This document shows positions 12,826-24,180 of a stretch of 64,000 nt of DNA, in pieces (position 1 is the stretch's first letter; each line of letters begins with the position of its first letter). Both the position numbers and the translations under genes were made by a program. Below the pieces are notes generated by a model, which was not told the DNA's origin, ran no database searches, and saw only the letters and a program-made list of their open reading frames with translations. The DNA is taken from the NCBI RefSeq assembly GCF_000143415.4, contig NW_003314318.1:1103690-1167689 (forward strand), read 5' to 3'. The DNA is from Selaginella moellendorffii. Its lineage: Eukaryota > Plantae > Lycopodiophyta.

Positions 12826-15800
12826 CTTGGGTCCATCTCAGGTCCATCTCAAACTCCATCTCGGATTCCATCTCGGTCCATCTCGGCTCCATCTCAGACT
12901 CCATCTCGGGTCCATCTTGAACTCCATTTCAGACTCCATCTTCAATCCATCTCAGACTCCATCTCAAACTCCATCTCAAACGCCATCTTGGACTCCATCT
13001 TAGACACCATCTCGAGTCCATCTTGAATTCCATCTCGAACTCTATCTCAGACTCCATCTTGGACTCCATCTCAGACTCCTTCTCAGACTCCTTCTTAGAC
13101 TCTATCTCGGGTCTATCTCTGGTCCATCTCGACACTTTCACATGTCATATGTTGGTCCTCTTGTATCCGTTTTCTAGAGAATCACTTACTGTTTGCTTCA
13201 TGCTTGTTCCTCGAGCACTTCGTTGGGAGTTCCACTCCCACTCTTGATTGTCCAAGTTGGAGCTTTTAGTCTAAATGTGTTGCTCTTATTTGGCTTCCAC
13301 TTTGGCCACTACCACGTGGCACCCTTTCAATTCCACTTTTGGGGCTTTAGGATTTGTGTCTCACACCAACCTTGCTTTACTAGAGGGTTGGGACTCAAAC
13401 CCAACCTCTATAGAATATGTTTACAAAGTCAACCTAGTTAAACCCATGCTAATTAGTTTACTTTTGGTGTGCCTTCGGGTCCTAACATATGATATTGCTC
13501 AATTTTACAAGTTGATACTTTGATTGAACTTTGCATAAGTACATAGAGATCTATTTTTCAAAACCTCCTCTACTAGATCTCACGCATTCCCTAAATTCTC
13601 CTCCAATTCCCATGGTTCTTTGCAGAGTGAAAATCCTTTCCACTTTAGATAGAACTCCCTCACCTCATGTCTTTGGTACTTGCTTTTACACACATTGAGT
13701 ATAGCCTTGACCTTGTATTTCTCTTCCCCTTGGATAACCTCAATTAAAAGTCTTACTTGGTCCTTGTGAAGTAGGTCCTCAAAGTATGGCTTGAGTAATT
13801 TGACGTGAAACATAAGATGCATCTTCCCCATCTCTTAAGGAAGTTGGAGGTGGTAAGCCACCTTATCAATTCGAGCCTCAATCTCATAAAGCCCTACAAA
13901 CTTACTTAAGGAACTCAAACTCAATTTATATTCAAAAATATATACATTTTATTTTTGGGTCAATTTTTGGCTAATCCCACTTGGTAACCTTAGCTTCTTG
14001 GTGTTCAGCTACACTTTCTCCCTATGTTAGAACTCTACGTCTTGGCACTTCGGGTTCATATATTTAATTTGCCTTTGTTGAGCCTGTTCCAAGGAATCCC
14101 TCAATAAATTCTAAATATTAAGTTTTTTCGCCGTGAATACCTCTACTGTAGATAGCTCTTTATGATACTCAACCACGTTAAGTTCTATGGGACCTTCAAC
14201 AACTCACCCATGGACTCACCCCGATACTCAAATATGATAAGTTGTTATAGCACATTTTCACAAGTCCCAAATGACTTACTTAATCAGTCTAGTCTCTAGA
14301 GATATAGTATTACAAATAATTTTCTAACTACCTATTCACCCTTTCAATTTATCCATCTGTCAAAAAGTGTTATTGCCATCATACTTGACTCATTACCCAA
14401 TACCTATCTGTGGGTGATAGGCTATATTGAATATTAACTTGGTGTGATACTGTTCTAGGAGAGTTTTCTAGATTCTATTGGTGAAAATCTTATCTCGATT
14501 TGAGATAATCTTTTCTATCCTTCCCCACGCTGTTCAAAGAATAGTTTAGCTACATCTTTTGCATCCACTTCCATTATGGTGGGTATGAAATGTACCATCT
14601 TAGAAAACTGGTCCACCACCATGAATATTGCATTGGAGAAGGGAGAAATAGACAAGCTCGAGGATTCAAGCTTAGGAAAGTAAACTTGAGAGGTTCAAGG
14701 TTAGGACTGTATTCCTAACCTTGACGTGAGCAGTAGTGACTATAAAAGTAGGACTTAAAATGTTTTTAGACTTATCCCTAATACAAAATACATTGCAATA
14801 CATCGTCGTTCTACCTATCTCTTCGGCCCTTCACAACAATGTCTTACTTACCCACCGCCTTCAAGGGATCAAAGGCGTGGGACTAGCACCTTCAAGCACA
14901 TGTTCACAGTCTCTACTTGGCTTGGCACAAGCAGGTAAGTGCACACATCTCGTAGTGTAGTTTTAGTTTTAGGGACTAGATTAGATTTGAATCTCCTAGG
15001 AAGATCTCGTGTGGACATTTCCTCCCAGTCCAGAGATTTCAAGGAGTTTTTCACTGGCGACCACGGTGGGATACGGTGACATGAAGAGCTCATGGAATAG
15101 AGCAGACCAAGACGCTCATTTCCCCCAAAACTTCAAGGAAAACAGACCAAAGACGCACAAGAAAATGGCATAGGAAGAAAAAACCCCAAAAATCAAGAAA
15201 AACAAGACCGTAAAACAAAAACGGTGGAAGAGCATGAAGGAATGAAGAAAAAAAAATGGAGCGTAAGACCAAAAGATGAAGAACACTTGAAGTTGAAGCC
15301 ACCCAAGTCATGGAAAACTTGGAGCATACGCGTAACTGTTTTTGGCGAGAGGTTGAAGAAAGCGAATATTCCAAGGATCTGCGATAAGGAAACGACCAAG
15401 GGAAAATTCTAGCGGCTGGAGATGGAGGAAGAATGAAAAAGCACGACTGCCCATTTGGAGATACAAGCTGCACAAGATACAAGGACTGCCTTTTGTGTGG
15501 ATTCAGAAATTGTGCTAAACCATACAAGCAATGCTATCCAAAATGGCGATGCGACACTTGCAAACAAGCAAAAGCAAGACTGCGAATCAGGGATGACATT
15601 GCCGCAACAAAAGAGAGAAAGAAATGAGAAGAAATAGCCCACAAAAATGACATCAAAAAGAGTGACGATAGTTTAAAAAAAAGAAGAAAAACAGAGCACT
15701 AGTTGCTTTCAAGAATTCAAAGAAACAGTCTTGCGACTATTACACAATTTGTCCAGCAAATTGAAAGAACCAAAGGGGAGGAATGATAAAAGAGAATGAA

Positions 15801-15908
15801 CAATCACCAAAATTTTGTAGCCCACATGAGGAGAGCGATAACAATGACGCAAAATGGAAATTTTGGGCTTGCACGAGAGACTAGCAAGATGAGGAAATCC
15901 CTCGATAG

Positions 15909-16841
15909 ATGCAAGACTCTCAAAACTTTTTAGAAGCCAGCAGGCAGCTGCCATCTGAGATTCAGGAACGAATCTTTAATTTAGTTCACAACACATTAGA
16001 CAAGGAGAACTATACACCAATTTGCAACAGCGCTATCATACACGGCGCACAGTTTATAGGAAAACAAGATAAACAAGAATTGTATACGTGGAGAATCATC
16101 CTCGAGCTCTCGTGGAGATCTTTCGTGTACATCAATCAAGAATTTATTTGTCTTAAGGAAGAAGTTGAGTGGCATACTTGGGACGCTGTCACTCGAATTT
16201 ACGAAGAAATTCCAAGGTTCCTGCTTAGAGAAATATAGGAAATACTTGGACAGCAATTTGTAAAAGGATTTATTACACCGGTTGGAAGCGCAATACATGA
16301 GCTTACTAACCTCAAGATAAAGGAAGGACTGTGGGCAAAAGAGCGTTGGATAGATCCACGCACGCATAGGCTTAAAGCAACAAAAATTTGTTGGAATCCA
16401 TACCTTGACGTGTGGACACCATTTGAGAAGAAAAACATACAGGAATCACGAAGTTGGAAACCCGTATCAATCGGAGAAGGAGAAGTGAGAACATTAAAAA
16501 TACAACCACTGCTGTATTCAGCATTTTCAAATATTACTATCGACTGGGAAACACAAATGCTCATAGTGAGAGCTCACATTCCCGTACAACCAACATATTG
16601 TAAGAGACCAAAACAATTATTCAAGAATTTAGAAAAGATTGGACTCCTAAAGAGAGTTGCAATCGTTTGCATACCTGCTCGATCCCAAAGTTGGAGAGCA
16701 GCACCAAATATTACTAGCGAACAGCTACACCGATCAATTTATGACACAACCAACCTCCTTCCAACAAACAAAATCGTGCTTACTTACACCACCAGATTTT
16801 TCAAATACAAGACCTTTCCTAAGCTAGACTCAGGAAAGTGA
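15909..16841 (+). pseudogene. Extra retroelement ORF (~310 aa, one in-frame stop) with F-box-like N-terminus
   Basis: ORFs 15909-16238 and 16410-16841 are in frame, and the frame is open apart from one TAG; LPSEIQERIFNLV. Confidence 0.55.
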
Positions 16842-16884
16842 CCTCGAGAAGAAACTCGGGAAGAATCGAGAAAGAAAAACTTGA

Positions 16885-17060
16885 TTGAAGACTCAAGACA
16901 CAAGAGCTTGACTTCGTATTTATACAACAAAACCAAACTTGCAGAAGACTCAAAACACAAGAGCTTGACTTCGCATTTATACTACAAAATCAAAACTTGC
17001 AACAGACTCAAGATGTAAGAGCTTGACTTTGCAATCTATGAAAAACAACACTTGACTCCA
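16885..17060 (+). repeat. ~57-58 bp tandem repeat x3 between the extra ORF and gag
   Basis: Recurrent agactcaa..acacaagagcttgactt. Confidence 0.7.
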
Positions 17061-17461
17061 GACAACTTAGGCAAAACATAAATTCAGGAAACTTACCTCA
17101 ACATTCAAGTTGAGAAGACTCAGCAAACTGAATGTACAAACACAAACCAGACCCAATCAAGATCCGGGAAAGAGATCTTCGACAAAAGAATCGAGAAGTG
17201 AAAAAGGAAGGGATAGAAAAAGAGAAATTAGAACAACAACAGCAACAAATTTTAGAAACGATATTAGAGAAGTACGACAAGGAGGATAAAGAAATTCAAG
17301 TTGCTGAGTCGAACAACTTAGCCAAAGATAACAAAGACATAAATATTGAAGGTGCCCCAGAGTTTGAGGCATTTGAAGAAGTAAAATACATAGCACCAAA
17401 GTTTTACTCAAATCCAGACTCACCAGAACAACAATTTCACCAATAAAGTCTACAACTTCAA

Positions 17462-19267
17462 ATGGCAATCATCAATCCAGCAACAGCCATAGGGAATATG
17501 ATTTCCTATCCCATTTTTACTGGTGGAAAAACTGAAGATGCAAACCAGCATCTTAAACAATTTGATCAAATTGTAAAGATGAACAAACAGGAAATGCATC
17601 GGGAAATACTTTTCCCATACACACTTAAGGGAAAAGCACTCGATTGGCATAATACACTCGATGATGCTTTGACCCATGATGAAAAGGTCACACAATTCAA
17701 GGAACAATTCCAGACTGGAGGAACTCAAGAAGAACACTATGAGATCATCAAGAACTTCAAACAAAAACCACGTGAAGGTATTCAAGATTACACTCGAAGA
17801 TTTAAGTTCCATGCAAAGTGTTGCAAGGATTTGATAAAGGAAAAAGGAAAAAGCTTGTCCTATATACAAGGCCTTAAAGAAATCTATAGAAACATGGTAG
17901 CACTTGCTGCTGCAGCAGAGAATCCGGATGAAGAAAATGTCAATACACTCTCCAAAGAAATCTTGACATTAGAAAAACGATTTAAGCAATTCACAAAAGC
18001 GGGACCTTCACAAACCGATGATAGTTCAGATGATGAAGAAGAGGAAGAAATCCGCATCAAGACAAAGAAGAAACCATCAAAAAAACAAGACTTGAAGGAA
18101 ATAATCAGGAAAATCTCACAAACCGAACTCAAGGAAGGAGTGTGGTGTACAAAGTGTAAAAATGAAGGACATACATATTTGGAATGCAAATTTCAGCTTC
18201 CAAAATGTCAAATTTGCGATAGAGAAGGCCATATAGCCAAGAATTGCCGATTTAGGAATACAATGGAAGTTTCAAGAATCGAGAATACTTCTCGTCGAGA
18301 GCCCAATCTTCGATATCAAGGAAACTGGAATCAAAATGCACGACCACCACGCAATGAACCTCCAAGATATAACAATTATTATCAACGTGATGATAATTTG
18401 TACAATCAAAGAGGAAACTTTTACCGTCAGAACAATCGCAACTACAATAGAATACCCCCTCAAGATCAAAGACCAAACAACTATTCTGGAAATTATGGAA
18501 GAAACTACAATACATATCAGCAACGTGATGGACCTCATGACAACTACCAATGTCCTCCCCCACAAAATTACAATTATGATCAAGAACCATATCGCAACTA
18601 TAATCAAAGACCACCTCAAGCTCAAGGTTACAATTACAACCAGCGACCTGCACCACAACAAGATAATCGACCTCGGCAACCTTACCAAAATGCAAATCGT
18701 GAAAATAACCAAATCGTAAACAATCAAGCTCCAAGAGCAAGACCATCTGCAGCACGGAATGTTGAGGTCGAAGTCGAAGACTCACAAACTTATGAAGAAC
18801 TAGCAATACGAGCAATCACGAGACAACAATACAAGTATCAACAACCAGATAATTTGGAAGAACAAGATCACGATGATGAACTGGAAATTATCCCAGAAAC
18901 CGAATGGAAGAAAAGCAAGAAAATACTTAAAGAAATTCAAGCTGAATTGCAAGCACAAGATCCAGAAACAATCAAAGAACATGACAAACAATCAAACCAT
19001 CAAGAAACAAAAAGTTTTACCCAAGAGGAGCTGGCACCTGTTCAGCAGAAAGAAAAGTTTCATGTCGAAGAGCAAGCTGAAGCAAGGTTGAAGCAAAACC
19101 TGGTGGAAGATGAACAGCCTGATCAGATTGAGCAACCAGCAGAAGAAGACGAAGACCTGCAGTGGATAAAGGAGTTTCAGACGCAGGAACTTGAGGTGGT
19201 GCTTCCGAAGTTTTGTGAGCAGACGGAGCAGAAGAAAAATTCAGTGCCAGAGTTTGACAAGGAATAG
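17462..19267 (+). CDS. gag: Retrotransposon Gag with two CCHC zinc knuckles
   Basis: FPYTLKGKALDWH, FKQKPREGIQDYTRRF, CTKCKNEGHTYLEC, CQICDREGHIAKNC, followed by an N/Q/Y-rich tail. Confidence 0.88.
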   Translation: MAIINPATAIGNMISYPIFTGGKTEDANQHLKQFDQIVKMNKQEMHREILFPYTLKGKALDWHNTLDDALTHDEKVTQFKEQFQTGGTQEEHYEIIKNFKQKPREGIQDYTRRFKFHAKCCKDLIKEKGKSLSYIQGLKEIYRNMVALAAAAENPDEENVNTLSKEILTLEKRFKQFTKAGPSQTDDSSDDEEEEEIRIKTKKKPSKKQDLKEIIRKISQTELKEGVWCTKCKNEGHTYLECKFQLPKCQICDREGHIAKNCRFRNTMEVSRIENTSRREPNLRYQGNWNQNARPPRNEPPRYNNYYQRDDNLYNQRGNFYRQNNRNYNRIPPQDQRPNNYSGNYGRNYNTYQQRDGPHDNYQCPPPQNYNYDQEPYRNYNQRPPQAQGYNYNQRPAPQQDNRPRQPYQNANRENNQIVNNQAPRARPSAARNVEVEVEDSQTYEELAIRAITRQQYKYQQPDNLEEQDHDDELEIIPETEWKKSKKILKEIQAELQAQDPETIKEHDKQSNHQETKSFTQEELAPVQQKEKFHVEEQAEARLKQNLVEDEQPDQIEQPAEEDEDLQWIKEFQTQELEVVLPKFCEQTEQKKNSVPEFDKE

Positions 19268-22200
19268 GCAGCAGCTGGTCAAGCTGGCTTGGAGCAGAAA
19301 GCTGTTGTGAAGAAGAAAGAAGAAGATGTTAGACAACAAAGAGGTGTAGAAGTTCAGAACCTTGTGGAGCAGCCATCAAGAGGAGCCGTATACCCAGGCC
19401 AAAGTTTGCACTTGAAGGTGGCTGGTGTGAAGTTGGTGAAGAGACGAGGAAGTGTGTTTCTCAGGTTCTGGTGGGACAGAGGCAAGCTGGTTTCATCNNN
19501 NNNNNNNNNNNNNNNNNNNNNNNNNNNNNNNNNNNNNNNNNNNNNNNNNNNNNNNNNNNNNNNNNNNNNNNNNNNNNNNNNNNNNNNNNNNNNNNNNCAA
19601 GTCGGATGTTTAAAGTTTCGAGAAGAGGCGTTTGTGCAACTGATCTCGGGAAGAAGCTGGTCAAATTCAGATCACAAGACTTTGAGGAAGCAGCTCAGAC
19701 TTATGAAGAGGAGGAAGAGGAGGAGGAGCCACATGAGGGAGTAGCTACCCACGATGCAGCAATGGAGCAGTGACTGCGGGACGCACCACAAGGCAGTCGT
19801 GGGAGAGTGGAGAAGGGAGAAATAGACAAGCTCGAGGATTCAAGCTTAGGAAAGTAAACTTGAGAGGTTCAAGGTTAGGACTGTATTCCTAACCTTGACG
19901 TGAGCAGTAGTGACTATAAAAGTAGGACTTAAAATGTTTTTAGACTTATCCCTAATACAAAATACATTGCAATACATCGTCTTTTTGCCTATCTCTTCGG
20001 CCCTTCACAGCAATGTCTTACTTACCCACCGCCTTCAAGGGATCAAAGGCGTGGGACTAGCACCTTCAAGCACATGTTCACAGTCTCTACTTGGCTTGGC
20101 ACAAGCAGGTAAGTGCACACATCTCGTAGTGTAGTTTTAGTTTTAGGGACTAGATTAGATTTGAATCTCCTAGGAAGATCTCGAGTGGACGTTTCCTCCC
20201 AGTCCAGAAATTTCCAAACTTTGTAACAAGCCCCTATTAGCCTTAGTAACAACTTTGATTTGCTAACATGTTGGATATATCTTTACATAGTCTTAGACAT
20301 CTTTAGCTATATCTGGTCAATAATACGTTCTCTTGAGAAAGTTTACTGTATTAGGCACTCTACTGTGTCCTACAAAAGATCTATCATCACACTCTTTTAA
20401 GGCTATCTTTTTTAGTTCCCCTTGTGGAACATACACCTTTGTCTATTTATTGAGTCTATTGAATTTTATATAACCTGTTTTTTCTTTTATATATGGCTTG
20501 CCTCTCTAGTGAGCATTTTGTGCCTCTTGGTTCTTTAGCAACACTTCTTATACTAGACCATCATCCTCATATGCCATTTGCACCTCATCGCAAAATGTTG
20601 TTATGTTAGATATCGCCAACTTTAAATTTGTTTTTCGACTTAGAGCATTTGTTGCAACATTGTTCTTCCCAGGTTTATATAGAATCTCACAATCAAATTT
20701 AGCCAAAGTATTGGCCCACTAACCTTGTTTTCTTCACAAATTAGGCTGTGATAAAAAGTGTTTTATTGCCACATTATTTATGTATACCTTGAAGTGTCTC
20801 CTAAGGTAGTGTTGCCACTCCTTAAGTGCTTTGACCACCGCAAGCAGTTCCTTTTCGTGGGTAGGCCACTTTTGTTGAGCCTTGTCCAACTTTTTCAAAA
20901 AGAATGCCATTAGGTGGTTGTTTTGTTTTAAAATTATGCCTAACGCAAAGTCTGAAGCGTCTATTTCTACCTTGAAATTCTTACCAAAGTCAAGTAATGC
21001 CAATATGGGAATCTTCCTCAATTCCCCTTTGAGGTGGACAAATATTGTCTTGCATTTTGTTGTCCATACCATATTCTCTTTTCCCATTTAGTCCATTAAA
21101 GGCAAAATTACTCTCGAATAATGTTTAATAAATTTTTGATAGTAGTTGCATAATACCAAAAACACCCTTAACTCATGAACATTTCATAATCGTTCCTATT
21201 TCTAGATTGTATGGACCTTCTTAAGGTCCACCTAGTCTGTCTTTGCCCACCATATGTTTGAGAAACTTTACCTCTTGTTGAGCAAAATCACATTTGCTTT
21301 CTTTAGCATTCAACTTATGTTCCTTTAATTTGTTAAACACCTCCGTTAAGTGTTTGGCATGTTCTTTTAACATCTTGCTATAGATTAGGATGTCGTTAAT
21401 ATAGACAACCATGAAGTGATTTAGATAAGGTACAAAAATATGGTTTATCAACACCAAAAACATTGTAGTGCATTGCACAGTCTAAAGGGCATCACTAGAA
21501 ACTCAAAGCTTCCATACTGCATTTGATAAATTATCTTCTTAACATCTTCCTCTGTTACTCTAATTTGGTAATATCTTGACTTTAGGTCAATCTTGAGAAT
21601 TATTTCACCTTTCCCAACCTATCAAATCCTTGTTAAAGGGTATTTATTCTTCTTTATATACTTGTTAAACAACCAGTAATCTATGCATATGTGCAGAGAG
21701 CCATTTTTCTTTTTCACAAATAACACTAGTGCCCCATATGACAACTTGCTTAACTTAACATACATTTATCTACCAACTCCTCAAGTTCACACTTAAGCTT
21801 CTTGAGTTCCTTTTCATTCAATTAATAGGGGGGATGAACCACCACCTTAGCACCCTTGACCAACTCGATCTTATGTTCTATCAGTTGTGCAAGGGGTAAC
21901 CTCTATAGTAACTCCTCTAGCATAATGTCTCGAAATTGGTTTAACACCCACTAAATCACTAAAGGTACTTCCTCTATTTCTGTCTTTTTGTCACTCCCTA
22001 CTGAGAGTAAATATAAATATGCTACTTTGGTTCTTTAGTGAGTTTTCCTCTCGTGAACACTAGGTTTAAGCAGGAGTCTTTAGCCTTGCATTCCCCTACC
22101 TTTAGATCCTAGGCTTCTATCCTAGATCATTTTCCTTAGGCATTGGCTAAAACCACTACATTCCTACTTTGTCCATGCAAGGCTACCACAAATTGATTGA

Positions 22201-22929
22201 ACCAATCCATCTTGAAAATCACGTCAAATCCCACCATATCCAACATAGTGAATTCTATATCTACTTTACATGTCCCTATTTCAACTCCTGTCAAAGTACC
22301 TCATCAATGATTTACTTATCTTGAATAAACTTTATAGTCTTTGGTTCACCCAATTGCTATACCATTAGTCCAGCTTGCCAGATTATGTTTACAGCCACAA
22401 AATTATTTGAAGCACCCATGTCAATAAAGATCTTAACAAAGTTACCTCCGAACTTCCTTTGGAGGGATAGTAGATGTCACAAATGACTTTCTACCAAAGT
22501 TGCTCGTGTAATGAGTAACTTTAAGCTAAGGATTGAATCATATACCTCAATTTTGGATTTCATCTAACTTAATGGCCATATTGACTCTGACCTTATTTGG
22601 TTAGGGACATTCTTTCGAAAAGTGTCCCGCTTTATACAATTGTAGCATATATTGTTTCCCACACTACTAGTAGACATGATCTTCTTATCAGTGGGTTTAT
22701 CCCTTTTTCACCTAACTCCCCCATATACTTGCTTGCTAGCTATCAGATTTGCCTTTCCAAAACCTTGAGGACTCATTCTTAGAAAAAAAATTTCAGAATT
22801 CCCCCTTGGTTTGGCTTCTTTGCTAAATATAGACCCCAACCCTATTGTGTTCCTTTTGCGCAAGTTATCATTGAAATGTACTTTAATAACTACATCCAAT
22901 ACTTCTTTATAAATGGTTGGGTTCTAACA

Positions 22930-23094
22930 CATCACTAGACTGTTTGATTGTGGATGATAAGCACTCGTGAAAGTGTGATGTATCCCCAACCGAGATGTCA
23001 AAACATGAAATGCCTTAGCCATAAATATGGGACTATTATCTGAAAGAATCCGCTCTAGACAAGAATGCTGGAACACCACTTGATTGAGGACGAA
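22930..23094 (-). pseudogene. Fragment of a different Ty3/gypsy integrase core
   Basis: Translates to ILSDNSPIFMAKAF...GIHHTFTSAYHPQSNSLV. Confidence 0.7.
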
Positions 23095-23636
23095 GGGCGC
23101 GGACCATACTTGAGCTCACGAGTTGAAGAGTTGAGCTCACGAGTTGAGCTCAATTTTCAATTGTAATTTAGTACAAACATTATAAATTTTAAAATTTTAA
23201 GGTTATGGCAAACCTAATAATTTAATAACTCTCTATATATTATATAGATAAAAATGTTCTAAAGAACACATTTTGTTCTAATAATTTAAATATTTACTAC
23301 ATGCAATGATAGGGACATTTGTTAGAACATAAAATAAAATGTTTGAAAAAAGAGTATTCTTGTCACTTCTTTAAATTTGTACTCTATGCTTTCTGGCTAG
23401 TAAATGTTAGGTTTGTCAGAATTAAAAAATTATTAAATTTGAAATAAGATTCTATGTGAAACCATATAACCGTTTGAAAGGAAAAAAAATAACCGTTGAT
23501 ATAAGCTTATTGCATATAAAAGAAAGACTTGGTTCTTTGTAGAATACATTCTTGAGGGGTTTGTCGTAGCATACTGTCTAGAATTTATAAATCTTCATTC
23601 ACACTCTCATTCGAAAAAAGGGAAATACACCCACAA

Positions 23637-24053
23637 ATGTCTATGGGTTCTAGTGTTGGTAATTTTAACTCTCACAATCTTTCTTCCCAGGGCTCAAGGG
23701 CTAGGAGATGCAATAACTATCCCATTGCACAGTATAACCAAATCACACAAGAGAATGAAAGAGAGGATAGTGAGGATAGTGATCATGAGTTGGAGATAAA
23801 TGCAATGACAGAGGGTGCAACAAATTGGGTGAAAAAGAATGCCCTCTTACTTGTTTTAGAAAAGTGCAGTTCTGCCACTTTCAAGAAGTGCCCCATATGT
23901 TTTCTAGCGTCTGGTGGAAACAATGGCAATGATCAGTATGATGGTATATATGCTCTTGCGACACACTACAACATCACGCACCCGAAAGACTACCATGAAA
24001 TCTTTTTTGAGATGGTAAAGACAGAAATGGAGACACACGAGTACTATGGGTAG
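23637..24053 (+). CDS. Small transposon-borne protein with a C2H2-like zinc finger
   Basis: Intact ATG-to-stop 138-aa ORF; CPIC...YALATHYNITH; upstream tataaa-like sequences. Confidence 0.5.
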   Translation: MSMGSSVGNFNSHNLSSQGSRARRCNNYPIAQYNQITQENEREDSEDSDHELEINAMTEGATNWVKKNALLLVLEKCSSATFKKCPICFLASGGNNGNDQYDGIYALATHYNITHPKDYHEIFFEMVKTEMETHEYYG

Positions 24054-24180
24054 TATTGCGAGAAGAACACTCGGAAGCATATAAAATGAAAAGTGAAATG
24101 AAAAAGCACATTTGTATTAATTATATAAAGTATAATAAGTTTTATTGATAGAGAATAAACATCGATAGTGTTGGAGAAAT

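Larger units (their letters stand above)
3757..13365 (-). mobile_element. Outer solo LTR (family A, hexamer-repeat LTR), split into 3757-4169, ~10529-11290 and 12826-13365 by nested insertions
   Basis: Pieces are colinear with the intact solo LTR at 11291-12825; flanks ctaac/ccaac form a near-TSD. Confidence 0.65.
14634..20216 (+). mobile_element. LTR retrotransposon with gag and an extra ORF but no visible pol (LTRs 14634-15053 and 19808-~20216)
   Basis: Near-identical ~410-bp direct repeats; PBS tggcgaccacggtggga (15055-15071) complementary to a plant tRNA-Arg 3' end; purine tract before 19808; a 100-N gap at 19498-19597. Confidence 0.88.
13430..22900 (-). mobile_element. Decayed Ty3/gypsy chromovirus gag-pol, interrupted at 14634-20216
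   Basis: Zinc-knuckle remnant ~22620; protease IFIDMGASNNF ~22420; RT VVYINDILIYS ~21390; RNase H EIDASDFALG...EKELLAVVKALKEWQHYL 20734-21087; integrase AIFMVVDQFSKMVHFIP ~14600; chromodomain YKVKAIL...FYLKWKGF...WELEENL 13580-13730. Many stops and frameshifts. Confidence 0.9.

Noticed and set aside
3239-13247. Many ORFs with ESESE/PRPRP/LGLGL repeats
   Set aside because: By-products of the hexamer arrays in family A LTRs; open in several frames on both strands with no domain.
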